A DNA stretch of 64,000 nucleotides from Candidatus Hydrogenedentota bacterium (GCA_963745075.1 CAVUWV010000026.1:1-64000), one strand, 5' to 3'; numbered from the stretch's first letter, positions 18,462 through 27,557 are shown. A program made the numbers and translations. Notes: generated by a model not told the origin, from the sequence alone.

Positions 18462-20330
18462 ATGAGCACGCCGAAACAAGTGTTGGATACGTTGGGTGAA
18501 GAAACGATGTTGCCGGACCTGTTGAAAGCCGCGCCAAGTGTCCGGCCGGCACTGGACCGGTACGGATTGCGCGGATGCGGTGGCGAGCACGGTCCGATGG
18601 AGACGTTGGGATTCTTCGCGCGGGCCCATGGCGTTCCGGTGGGGCAACTTCTTCAGGATATCCGGGTAAGTCTCACGGCGACAGAAGTGACGACAACGTC
18701 GACGGAATCGTTTTCGGACCAAATCGCTGACACCATTTATCAGCCCTTCTTCAAAGGCGGTATCGCGGTGGCCCTCACACTCGGCGCCGTCTGGGGAGCT
18801 TTCCTTCTGATCCGCATCGCCCTGTCGGGCTCGTTCACCGCGGTGGGGATTCAAGAAATCAACGCCCACGGGCACGCGCAGATCTTTGGCTGGGTGGGGC
18901 TGTTCGTGATGGGCTTCGCCTATCAGGCCTTTCCGCGTTTCAAGCACACGTCCCTCGCCCATCCGCGTATGGCATTGGCCACGATGTGGCTGATGGTGAC
19001 CGGCATCATTCTTCGGTCGTCGAGCCAGGCACTGCTCCCGTACACCCATTGGACCGTCAAGTCGGGCATTTTCGGTTCTCTGCTGGAGATTCTGGCGATT
19101 GGATTGTTTGTGGGCATCATCTGGAAGACGCTGCGCCGGTCCGGGAAACCCTTCGCGTTCTATGACTACTACATCCTGAGCGGGTTGGCCTGGTTCTTCC
19201 TTCAGGCGGTATACGGCAGCATCTACTTCACCGCCACGGCACTGGCCCCAACACGCGACGCGCTCCTGGGACTCGTCTCGACATGGCAGGCCCCACTTCG
19301 GGACATCCAGATCCACGGGTTTGCCATGCTGATGATTCTCGGCGTCAGTCAGCGCATGTTTCACAACTTCTATGGCTTGTCGGCACCCAGCCGGCGGGCG
19401 AGTTTGATCGCCTTGCCGCTCTTGAACGGCGCGGTGATCGGGGAATGCGTGGGATTCATACTGATGCGGACCTCCGGCCATATTTGGACCGCCCTTTGGT
19501 ACGGGTCGGTCATCACGCTCACGGCGACGCTCGCGGTCCTGGTATCGGGCTGGCACATCTACCGGCCCACCGCCGAAGCGGATCGCAGCCTGAAATTCCT
19601 CCGCACGGCCTATCTCTGGCTGTTCGTTTCGCTGACGATGCTCATCGCGCTGCCGCTCTACCAGTTCGGACTGCTGCGCGCCCTCGCCCCGGACAGCGAA
19701 GCGGCACGGATTGGTTTCTCCCACGCTTATTACGGAGCAGGCCGCCACGCGATTACCGTGGGCTTCATCAGCCTGATGATCGTCGGCGTCGCGGCCAAGG
19801 TGGTGCCGACGCTGAAAGGTATTGACGTACGCAGCCTGAACGGACTCTGGGTGCCGTTCATCCTGCTGAACGCGGGGTGCGCCATGCGTGTCGGCTTCCA
19901 GATTCTCACGGATTTCACCGATGTAGCCTTCCCCATTGCCGGGGTGAGTGGCATATTGGAAGTTTCCGCGCTGGCGGTCTGGGGGATCCACTTGTGGTCG
20001 CTGATGAACGCGCGCGTGGGCGCTTCGCCCATGCTGTCCCGGCCCATGACGTTGAAGGCAGGCGAGCCTATCGCTGCACGCAGTGTGGTTGCAGAGGTGC
20101 TCCGGGTTTACCCTGAAACGCTTGAAACATTCTTGAAACACGGATTCAAGCCCCTAGCGAACCCCATGCTCCGGCGCACCGTTGCTGCAACGGTTTCTGT
20201 CGAGGGTGCCGCACGCTTGCTCGATGTTGACCTGGACCATCTCCTGGCCGACTTGAATAGGGCTCGGGTGACACAGGAAGACGACCGAGGTCACCCCGAG
20301 GCCGACGGCCTGACCGTGGACTTGGCCTGA
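18462..20330 (+). CDS. NnrS-like polytopic membrane protein flanked by DUF1858-like domains
   Basis: About 11-12 hydrophobic segments with HGHAQIFGW, IQIHGF, RHAITVGF; soluble N-terminal (LDRYGLRGCGG) and C-terminal (YPETLETFLKHGF) small domains. Confidence 0.75.
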   Translation: MSTPKQVLDTLGEETMLPDLLKAAPSVRPALDRYGLRGCGGEHGPMETLGFFARAHGVPVGQLLQDIRVSLTATEVTTTSTESFSDQIADTIYQPFFKGGIAVALTLGAVWGAFLLIRIALSGSFTAVGIQEINAHGHAQIFGWVGLFVMGFAYQAFPRFKHTSLAHPRMALATMWLMVTGIILRSSSQALLPYTHWTVKSGIFGSLLEILAIGLFVGIIWKTLRRSGKPFAFYDYYILSGLAWFFLQAVYGSIYFTATALAPTRDALLGLVSTWQAPLRDIQIHGFAMLMILGVSQRMFHNFYGLSAPSRRASLIALPLLNGAVIGECVGFILMRTSGHIWTALWYGSVITLTATLAVLVSGWHIYRPTAEADRSLKFLRTAYLWLFVSLTMLIALPLYQFGLLRALAPDSEAARIGFSHAYYGAGRHAITVGFISLMIVGVAAKVVPTLKGIDVRSLNGLWVPFILLNAGCAMRVGFQILTDFTDVAFPIAGVSGILEVSALAVWGIHLWSLMNARVGASPMLSRPMTLKAGEPIAARSVVAEVLRVYPETLETFLKHGFKPLANPMLRRTVAATVSVEGAARLLDVDLDHLLADLNRARVTQEDDRGHPEADGLTVDLA

Positions 20331-20371
20331 CATTGTATTGCCAAAAGTGCGACGAGAACTGAGGAATCAAA

Positions 20372-20400
20372 GTAAACATGCATTTCGTTTACCTGTTTAC
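20372..20400. promoter_or_regulatory. NsrR-like operator upstream of qNor
   Basis: GTAAACATGCATTTCGTTTACCTGTTTAC; left half AACATGCATTT matches the NsrR half-site AAGATGCATTT at 10/11; outer 7-bp perfect inverted repeat. Confidence 0.55.
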
Positions 20401-20498
20401 AGGGATCGGCTCTTCAACCGTAGCTGAATTGGGACGGAGTCGCCGCAGCCACCGCCGGTAGACGATTTGTGCAGTATCGAACGAGGGAGGAGTCACGT

Positions 20499-22811
20499 AT
20501 GAATTATAGAAGGTTGTGGGCTGCGCTGGCCACGGTCATCGTGGTGTCGTTTGCCGTGCTGCTGTATTTCGGAAGGGACATCTACCGCAAGATCCCGCCC
20601 ATACCCGATACCGTCGCCACGGCGGACGGTACGGTGATCTTCACGGGCGACGATATCCGCAATGGGCAGAATGCGTGGCAATCGGTGGGCGGCCAGGAAA
20701 TGGGCACGGTCTGGGGCCATGGTTCCTACGTTGCGCCGGACTGGTCGGCGGATTGGCTGCACCGGGAAGCCGAGTGGCTGCTCGATCATTGGGCAACGCA
20801 AGACTACGGCGTAAAGAGCTACGCCGATTTGAATGACGAACAAGCAGCGGCATTGAAAGCGCGCGTGAAGGACGAAATCCGGACGAACACGTACGATCCC
20901 ACGACGAATTCGATTGTCGTCTCCCCCACCCGCGCGCAAGCCATCGCCGCCGTGAGCGAGCACTACGAGAAACTCTTCAGTGGCGATCCGGAACTCAACG
21001 ACCTTCGGGAAGCGTACGCGATTCCGAAAAACGTGATGCCCGATCCGGAGCGGCGTGCAGAATTAAGCGCCTTCTACTTCTGGACCGCTTGGGCCTGTGG
21101 CACGAATCGTCCTGGCGAGGCGCATACCTATACGCAGAACTGGCCGCCCGACCCGCTCATTGACAACACGCCCACGGGCTCGATCGTCGTATGGTCGGTC
21201 GTCAGTTTCGTGCTGTTGCTGGCTGGTGTTGGCGCGCTGGCGTGGTACTACGCCATTCTCAAGCACAAAGAACACGATGAACTCGAGCCGCCCGCGGTCG
21301 ATCCCTTGCTGGCCCTCGACCCGACGCCGTCTATGAAGGCGACACTCAAATACTTCTGGGTGGTCGTTGCCTTGATTGTGTTTCAGGTGGCCATGGGCGC
21401 GGTGACGGCGCACTACGGGGTGGAAGGCTCGGGATTCTACGGGATACCACTCGCGGAGATTCTCCCTTACGCAGTCACGCGAACCTGGCACACGCAGCTC
21501 GCGATCTTCTGGATTGCGACGGCCTGGCTGGCAACGGGACTCTTCATTGCGCCCGCGGTTTCGGGACATGAACCGAAGTTCCAGCGTTTGGGCGTGAATG
21601 TGCTGTTCGGCGCGTTGTTGGTTATCGTCGTCGGTTCCATGTTCGGGACCTGGTACGCCACGCGGCAGAAGATGGGCCTGACCATGAATTTCTGGTTCGG
21701 CCATCAGGGTTACGAGTACGTCGATCTCGGGCGCTTCTGGCAGTACTTCCTTTTCGCCGGGCTGTTCATATGGCTCGGTCTGATGGGACGAGCGCTTTGG
21801 CCCGCCCTGAAGCAACCCGGGCCAAACCGGCATCTGCTCACCCTGTTTTTCATCTCGAGCCTGGCGATTGCCGTGTTCTACGGCGCCGGTCTCACGTGGG
21901 GTCAGCACACGCACCTCGCCATCGCCGAATACTGGCGCTGGTGGGTGGTCCATCTGTGGGTGGAAGGCTTCTTCGAAGTGTTTGCCACGGTGGTCATCGC
22001 GTTCCTGTTCACACGGATGGGCCTATTGAAAGTATCGACCGCCACCGGCGCGGTGTTGTTCGCCACGAGTATCTTCCTCGCGGGCGGCATCATCGGGACC
22101 TTCCACCACCTGTACTTTACCGGAACGCCGACGGCCGTACTGGCGCTGGGCTCCGTGTTCAGCGCGCTCGAAGTGGTACCGCTGGTCCTGATTGGCTTTG
22201 AGGCCTACGAGAACCTGACGTTGAGTAAGGCGCGGCCGTGGGTAACCGCTTACAAGTGGCCCATCTATTGCTTCGTGGCGGTGGCCTTCTGGAACCTGGT
22301 GGGCGCGGGAATCTTCGGGTTCCTGATCAATCCGCCGATTGCCCTCTATTACATGCAGGGACTCAATACGACGGCCGTGCACGGCCACACGGCGCTCTTC
22401 GGCGTGTACGGCATGCTCGGCATCGGCTTGACGCTCTTCTGCCTCAAGGGTCTCGCGGCGCGTAACGTCTGGAAAACGTCGACCCTGTCCTTCGCGTTCT
22501 GGTCGATCAATATCGGCCTCGCACTGATGGTCCTGCTGAGCGACCTGCCGCGCGGCCTGATGCAGGCTTGGGCGAGCGTGAATGATGGCATGTGGTACGC
22601 CCGGTCCGCCGAGTTCATGGGCACGGGTCTCATGGACACCCTGCGCTGGATGCGCATCATCGGCGACAGCATCTTCGCCGTTGGCGTGCTTGCGTTGGGT
22701 TGGTTCGTGCTGGGACTCAAGACGGGCTGGTCTGTCACCAGCGAGTTGGATCCCGCAATGCAACAGGAACCGGCGGCGCGGATACCGGAGGCGGTTACGG
22801 AACGTAGCTGA
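20499..22811 (+). CDS. norZ: Quinol-dependent nitric oxide reductase (qNor)
   Basis: WGHGSYVAPDWSADWLHRE, RTWHTQLAIFW, GYEYVDLGR, WWVVHLWVEGFFEVF, GTFHHLY, SALEVVPL, HGHTALFGVYG; GGAGGAG RBS. Confidence 0.96.
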   Translation: MNYRRLWAALATVIVVSFAVLLYFGRDIYRKIPPIPDTVATADGTVIFTGDDIRNGQNAWQSVGGQEMGTVWGHGSYVAPDWSADWLHREAEWLLDHWATQDYGVKSYADLNDEQAAALKARVKDEIRTNTYDPTTNSIVVSPTRAQAIAAVSEHYEKLFSGDPELNDLREAYAIPKNVMPDPERRAELSAFYFWTAWACGTNRPGEAHTYTQNWPPDPLIDNTPTGSIVVWSVVSFVLLLAGVGALAWYYAILKHKEHDELEPPAVDPLLALDPTPSMKATLKYFWVVVALIVFQVAMGAVTAHYGVEGSGFYGIPLAEILPYAVTRTWHTQLAIFWIATAWLATGLFIAPAVSGHEPKFQRLGVNVLFGALLVIVVGSMFGTWYATRQKMGLTMNFWFGHQGYEYVDLGRFWQYFLFAGLFIWLGLMGRALWPALKQPGPNRHLLTLFFISSLAIAVFYGAGLTWGQHTHLAIAEYWRWWVVHLWVEGFFEVFATVVIAFLFTRMGLLKVSTATGAVLFATSIFLAGGIIGTFHHLYFTGTPTAVLALGSVFSALEVVPLVLIGFEAYENLTLSKARPWVTAYKWPIYCFVAVAFWNLVGAGIFGFLINPPIALYYMQGLNTTAVHGHTALFGVYGMLGIGLTLFCLKGLAARNVWKTSTLSFAFWSINIGLALMVLLSDLPRGLMQAWASVNDGMWYARSAEFMGTGLMDTLRWMRIIGDSIFAVGVLALGWFVLGLKTGWSVTSELDPAMQQEPAARIPEAVTERS

Positions 22812-22892
22812 ATTCGGATTCGTAGCACGTGTGGTCCTGTATTCGAAGCCCCCAAGGGCACAGTGAAGAATAGAGTAAGAGGAGTTAAAGAT

Positions 22893-23612
22893 ATGACAAC
22901 CATTTCACCGGAGATCACAATTGGCCAACTGGTCACGGAGCGGCCGAGCCGGTCGCGGGTATTCGAGAAGCTGGGGATCGATTACTGCTGCGGCGGGAAG
23001 AAATCTATCGCCGAAGTGTGTGAGAAGAAACAGATCGATCCCGCGACGTTGATCGATGTCCTCGATGCCGAAGCGGCCGATGCCCCCGAGGATGGTCCGA
23101 ACGTGAGCGATATGGCCCTGTCGGATCTGGCGGATCATATCGTCGCGACGCATCACGCCTATTTGCGCACGGAACTGCCGCGCCTAGGGAAGATGGCGCA
23201 ACGGGTGGCGAAGGTCCACGGCGACAAGGACGACCGGTTGCAAGCAGTGAGCCAGACCTTCGATGCGTTTACGGCCGAACTCGATTCGCACATGGCCAAG
23301 GAGGAGAACGTGCTGTTCCCGGCCATCCGACTGGTGGATCGGGCTGACCAGATGCCCTCGCTCCCCTTTGGCCGTGTGGCCAACCCCATCCACTGTATGG
23401 AACAGGAGCACGACAACGCGGGGGCCGCGCTGGAACGTATGCGCACCCTCACCGATGGATTCACGCCGCCGGACTGGGCCTGCAACACCTACCGCGCGCT
23501 GTTGGACGGACTTCATGAGCTGGAGTTGGACATGCACCAGCACGTCCACAAGGAGAACAATGTGCTCTTTCCTGGAATCATTGAGCGTGAAGAGCAACTC
23601 TTGAGCGCCTGA
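22893..23612 (+). CDS. ric: Iron-sulfur cluster repair di-iron protein (Ric/YtfE/ScdA)
   Basis: GIDYCCGG, HIVATHHAYL, HMAKEENVLFP, MEQEHD, ACNTY, HVHKENNVLFP. Confidence 0.95.
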   Translation: MTTISPEITIGQLVTERPSRSRVFEKLGIDYCCGGKKSIAEVCEKKQIDPATLIDVLDAEAADAPEDGPNVSDMALSDLADHIVATHHAYLRTELPRLGKMAQRVAKVHGDKDDRLQAVSQTFDAFTAELDSHMAKEENVLFPAIRLVDRADQMPSLPFGRVANPIHCMEQEHDNAGAALERMRTLTDGFTPPDWACNTYRALLDGLHELELDMHQHVHKENNVLFPGIIEREEQLLSA

Positions 23613-23639
23613 CGGTATCGACCTCCGTTCCTGTGACGA

Positions 23640-23675
23640 GGCGCACGCGGAATGCATTCGTTCCGCGTGCGCCTT
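23640..23675. terminator. Strong GC hairpin closing the NO cluster
   Basis: GGCGCACGCGGAA-tgcattcg-TTCCGCGTGCGCC just after the ric stop; U-tract is short. Confidence 0.6.
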
Positions 23676-23682
23676 AAGGTAT

Positions 23683-23710
23683 TGTCATTCTGAGCGAAGC
23701 GAAGAATCTC
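23683..23710. repeat. REP-like element (GTCATTCTGAGCGAAGCGAAGAATCT type)
   Basis: TGTCATTCTGAGCGAAGCGAAGAATCTC between convergent genes. Confidence 0.6.
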
Positions 23711-23795
23711 GTTTGGGCAATTGCTTCGGGATTTCAAGATTATTCACTTCGTTGAGATTGACGTGAGTTGGGTAGTCGGGACTGTAAGACCGAAT

Positions 23796-24275
23796 TCAGG
23801 CAATCACGTCCAACCCCGATGGGGTGCCGGGGTTGGCCGGGGGCTGGTTGGGAGCAATGCCGGTTTGGCTGTGGGAGAAACGTTGGAGAACGCCTGGCGC
23901 CAGCAGTTGTAGGAGTTCTCCCTCGGGCGTGTTCTGAATTGACGCGACGTAGTCCTTCACGCCCTGACGTCCACCATTCTGAAAGGCGTCTTTAAGGGCG
24001 TCCCGCTGATTCCGAATGACGCTCTTGAGTTCATTCTTGCTCACCTTGCCATCGCCGTCCGTGTCCAGCTTTGCGAACGCATCCTTCGAGAGTCCAGAAA
24101 GAACCTGGGCATCCACATCGCCATCGCCATCGGGATCGCTCTGGCTGAACAGACGATTCACAATCGTGTCGAGGATTTTCGAGGGGTCTCCCGGGTGGGA
24201 GCCATTGACGGGACTCCCGAAGTTGGCGCCCGAAGCGCTTGAGGGGTTGAACGGGCCGATTGGATTGATACTCAT
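23796..24275 (-). CDS. EF-hand-containing hypothetical protein
   Basis: DPDGDGDVD and DTDGDGKVSKNEL loops; AAGGAG RBS; ends GLDVIA. Confidence 0.78.
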   Translation of the reverse strand: MSINPIGPFNPSSASGANFGSPVNGSHPGDPSKILDTIVNRLFSQSDPDGDGDVDAQVLSGLSKDAFAKLDTDGDGKVSKNELKSVIRNQRDALKDAFQNGGRQGVKDYVASIQNTPEGELLQLLAPGVLQRFSHSQTGIAPNQPPANPGTPSGLDVIA

Positions 24276-24324
24276 TGCGGTCACTCCTTGCAGTTGTGTG
24301 CGCTTCGCGCACTTAATCTTCAGT

Positions 24325-24351
24325 ATGTCGGCAGGAGTGAAGAAAACTTTA
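24325..24351 (-). promoter_or_regulatory. sigma28 (FliA) promoter
   Basis: Minus strand TAAA-gttttcttcactcct (15 nt)-GCCGACAT, about 50 bp before the EF-hand ATG. Confidence 0.75.
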
Positions 24352-24508
24352 GGGAAAAACGGTTGCCTGAATTCAAGAAAAGTTCGAGAGCGGCACGAAG
24401 AAGTGGCTAAATTTGTGTTATTCTCCCGGCGAGAATTTCAATAGACGAGCTGCGTTCGCCAGCACTTTTTCGTTCGCATGCGCGGTACGCTGTCAGGGCA
24501 AAAGTCCG

Positions 24509-24901
24509 TTATTCGTGATCCGTATTCGGCTTCAGCTTGTCCTTGAGTGCTACAAAGGGGTTGTGACCAAGGGACTCGTCCTGGTTCGTGGCAGTGGCGT
24601 AGCCGCCGAAGTGGTTGACGCGATCGCCTTCCTGGTGGGCGTCGTCGTGGCAGGAAACGCAGAGCAGTTCCCAGTTGCTGCCGTCGGGTGGGTTGTTCAT
24701 GTGGTCGTTGTCTTTGTGGTGGACGGTAAGCTCGCGGAGGTTGTTGCCGGAGAATTCGCGTCCGCAGCGGGCGCAGACGTGCGGAAATAGGGCTAAGGCC
24801 TTTTCGCGGTAGCCGCTCTCGCGCTGGGCTTGTTCGCGCTTGACCTTGGCGATGAACTCGGCCTGCTTCGTTTTGTCGATCTTGACCTTTTTGAGTCGCA
24901 T
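24509..24901 (-). CDS. yajD: YajD-family HNH nuclease
   Basis: GYREKALALFPHVCARCGREF...LRELTVHHKDNDHMNNPPDGSNWELLCVSCHDDAH...HNPF. Confidence 0.85.
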   Translation of the reverse strand: MRLKKVKIDKTKQAEFIAKVKREQAQRESGYREKALALFPHVCARCGREFSGNNLRELTVHHKDNDHMNNPPDGSNWELLCVSCHDDAHQEGDRVNHFGGYATATNQDESLGHNPFVALKDKLKPNTDHE

Positions 24902-25050
24902 AGGGGAAACCTCCGACTCCATGATAGATGGCGCAATTGCGTGCGTCAATGGACGGGATGGACATAGCAATTGCAGGGAATCCCCTGACAAAGCTCCATT
25001 GTGTGGCGGACCGTGTAGGAACCACACGTCCTTTTCCGGCCGGGAATCTC

Positions 25051-25181
25051 CACTGGGAGCGCCTGACTCCAGCCTGGCGAAGGAGCGGAGCGAATCAATC
25101 GATAGTGCGGAACCGAAGTCGATGCATGGCAACCGGTAGACGCTCCGGACCCCGCGAGGCTGGAGCCTGGCGCTCCCAGTG
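25051..25181. repeat. REP doublet / REPIN-like element
   Basis: 29-bp arms CACTGGGAGCGCCTGACTCCAGCCTGGCG and CGCGAGGCTGGAGCCTGGCGCTCCCAGTG, 26/29 complementary. Confidence 0.72.
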
Positions 25182-25259
25182 ATTTGTTTGCGATGGTGCG
25201 GGATTGTGCGGTACCGTGTAGGGGAGCTGCTCGCATAGCGCGCCGTCCTGGAGGAATCG

Positions 25260-26576
25260 ATGTCTGGTACCGTTCCAGTTCCGAATTTTCACGTCATGGT
25301 GAAACCGACCGGTCCGATCTGCAATCTGGACTGCAAGTACTGCTTCTACCTGGAGAAGGAGAACCTCTACCCCGACGTGTCCAAATGGGCCATGTCGGAG
25401 GAGATCCTCGATAATTTCATCCGGCAGTACATCGCGTCGCAGAAGGCGCCGGAGATCACCTTCGCGTGGCAGGGCGGGGAACCGACCATTCTGGGTTTGC
25501 CCTATTTCGAGAAGATCGTCGAACTGGAAGAGAAGTACTCGGATGGGCGGCCCGTGCGGAACGCGTTTCAGACGAACGGCGTGCTGATTGATGAGCGCTG
25601 GGCCTCCTTTCTTGCCGAAAACGAGTTTCTCGTTGGCGTCTCCATTGACGGTCCGCCGAAGTTTCACGATCACTATCGTGTCGATAAGGGCAACCGGCCT
25701 ACTTCCTCAAAAGTCATGCGTGCGATCGAGCTGTTCAAAGAGCACAAGGTCGAATTCAATACGCTGACCTGCGTGCAGCGCCACAACGCCGACCATCCGC
25801 TCGAGGTCTATCGTTTTCTGAAGGAGATCGGAAGCGGATTCATGCAGTTCATTCCCATCATCGAGCGCTTGTCCGACGATGAAGAGCAAAAGCTTCGACT
25901 GGTGTTGCCGGATTACGATGAGAAAGCCCGGGTAACACCGTGGTCGGTGCGGCCGCTGCAATACGGGAAATTCCTTTCGGCCATTTTCGACGAGTGGGTC
26001 CGGAACGACGTGGGCAATTGCTTTGTCCAGATCTTTGACATCGCGCTCGAGGCGTGGTACGGGTACGAGCCCAGCCTGTGCGTGTTCGCCCGAACCTGCG
26101 GTGACGCGGTCGCGTTGGAGCACAACGGCGATCTCTATTCGTGCGATCATTACGTCTACGACGAGAACCGCCTGGGCAACATCATGGAGAACCCAGTCGA
26201 GGCGATGGTGGGATCGGCGCAGCAGCGGAAGTTTGGCCAGGACAAGCAGGACACGCTGCCCAAGTTCTGCCAGGAATGCGACGTGCGGTTTGTGTGCAAT
26301 GGCGAATGCCCCAAGCATCGGTTCTTGACCACCCCGGACGGGGAACGCGGGTTAAGTTATCTCTGCGAGGGATATAAGCACTTCTTTCACCACATCGACG
26401 AGCCGATGCGGTTCATGGCGAACGAACTCCGGCAGCAGCGTCCTCCGGCCAACGTAATGGCCCACATGCGCAAACAGGATTCGGGCCACAAGGGCAACGG
26501 ACAAGCCGAGCCGAACGATCCGTGTCCCTGCGGAAGTGGCCGGAAGTTCAAGAAATGCTGCGGACGCACGGCCTGA
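25260..26576 (+). CDS. Anaerobic sulfatase-maturating radical SAM/SPASM enzyme with C-terminal SEC-C motif
   Basis: CNLDCKYC, WQGGEPT, YSCDHYV, CQECDVRFVCNGECPKHR, NDPCPCGSGRKFKKCC. Confidence 0.94.
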   Translation: MSGTVPVPNFHVMVKPTGPICNLDCKYCFYLEKENLYPDVSKWAMSEEILDNFIRQYIASQKAPEITFAWQGGEPTILGLPYFEKIVELEEKYSDGRPVRNAFQTNGVLIDERWASFLAENEFLVGVSIDGPPKFHDHYRVDKGNRPTSSKVMRAIELFKEHKVEFNTLTCVQRHNADHPLEVYRFLKEIGSGFMQFIPIIERLSDDEEQKLRLVLPDYDEKARVTPWSVRPLQYGKFLSAIFDEWVRNDVGNCFVQIFDIALEAWYGYEPSLCVFARTCGDAVALEHNGDLYSCDHYVYDENRLGNIMENPVEAMVGSAQQRKFGQDKQDTLPKFCQECDVRFVCNGECPKHRFLTTPDGERGLSYLCEGYKHFFHHIDEPMRFMANELRQQRPPANVMAHMRKQDSGHKGNGQAEPNDPCPCGSGRKFKKCCGRTA

Positions 26577-26597
26577 GGATTTGCGCCACGCCCAACA

Positions 26598-26759
26598 AAG
26601 AACATCCCCCTACACCCCCTTCAAAGGGGGAATTGTTCGCGCGGTCGCGCGCAAAGAAGACATTGCTTGGGCTTGTCCTTGCGGTTCCACACCCCCCCTA
26701 CCGATAAGCACGAATTCGCAATGCTCCCCCTTTGAAGGGGGATCAAGGGGGATGTTCTT
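26598..26759. repeat. Palindromic REP doublet (CCCCCTTCAAAGGGGG type) overlapping the modA 5' end
   Basis: AAGAACATCCCCCTACACCCCCTTCAAAGGGGGA ... TCCCCCTTTGAAGGGGGATCAAGGGGGATGTTCTT. Confidence 0.78.
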
Positions 26760-27516
26760 CGTAATGATCGTGCTGGCAACTCTCGGGGTGTCGAACTGTT
26801 CCGTAACAAACCGACATCCAGAATCGGTTATGCTCTTCGCTGCCGCGAGTACGACGGATGCGATCAGTGACATCGTGAACCGCTTTGAGCAGCAAAACCT
26901 CGGGGCGCGCGTGACCACCAACTTCGCCGCGTCGTCCACGCTCGCTCACCAGATTGAGTCGGGGGCCGGGGCGGACCTCTTCCTATCGGCCAACGAGGAA
27001 TGGGTAGCGTATCTTGCCAAGAAAGGGTTCGTCGCCGAGCGCCGCGACCTCCTGGGAAATCAGTTGGTCGTGGTCGTACCGGCCGGGAGTCCGTTGCGGC
27101 TCGAACAACCATCCGATCTACTGGATGAGAATGTACAACGCATTGCCATCGGCGAGCCGGACGCCGTTCCGGCGGGGATCTACGCGAAGCAGGCATTGAC
27201 AAAGCTTGGCCTGTGGGAGAAGCTAAGGGCGAAGTGTGTTCCCTCGGCCAACGTGCGGCAAGCGCTACTATACGTGGAAGAGGGTGAGACCGAGGCGGGC
27301 ATCGTGTACGCGACGGACGCCGCGATCTCCGACAAGGTGCGCGTCGCGTTTGCATTTAATTCATCCGCGCACGAGCCAATCGTGTATCCACTGGTGTTGC
27401 TGAAGCACGGCGCGGAGACGCCGGGTGCGAAGAGGTTGTATGCGTATCTCGCGGGTCCGGAGGCTGCAAAGGTCTTTCGCGAATCGGGGTTTACGGTGTT
27501 GGATGGTGGCGAGTGA
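26752..27516 (+). CDS. modA: Molybdate ABC transporter substrate-binding protein (alternative start TTG 26581)
   Basis: FAAASTTDA, FAASSTLAHQI, ADLFLSAN, VPAGIYAKQAL, NVRQAL, GIVYATDA, IVYP. Confidence 0.93.
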   Translation: MFFVMIVLATLGVSNCSVTNRHPESVMLFAAASTTDAISDIVNRFEQQNLGARVTTNFAASSTLAHQIESGAGADLFLSANEEWVAYLAKKGFVAERRDLLGNQLVVVVPAGSPLRLEQPSDLLDENVQRIAIGEPDAVPAGIYAKQALTKLGLWEKLRAKCVPSANVRQALLYVEEGETEAGIVYATDAAISDKVRVAFAFNSSAHEPIVYPLVLLKHGAETPGAKRLYAYLAGPEAAKVFRESGFTVLDGGE

Positions 27517-27557
27517 TCCCGACAAACAAACGTACGTTTTTGGCCGGCATGGATTAG

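Noticed and set aside
18354..20141. Long antisense ORFs (also 9283-10773, 13606-14796, 41122-42486, 53357-54382 and others)
   Set aside because: Shadow frames of well-supported genes in GC-rich DNA; no motifs or RBS
20499..22811. Possible NO dismutase (Nod) rather than qNor
   Set aside because: Active-site motifs HLWVEGFFE, TFHH, ALE and HGH are all canonical qNor, with none of the substitutions typical of Nod
24509..24901. HNH nuclease as a defence or mobile system
   Set aside because: Matches the stand-alone YajD family; no methylase, ATPase or integrase neighbours
26577..26751. Moco riboswitch before modA
   Set aside because: The region is explained by the REP doublet; no Moco consensus recognised
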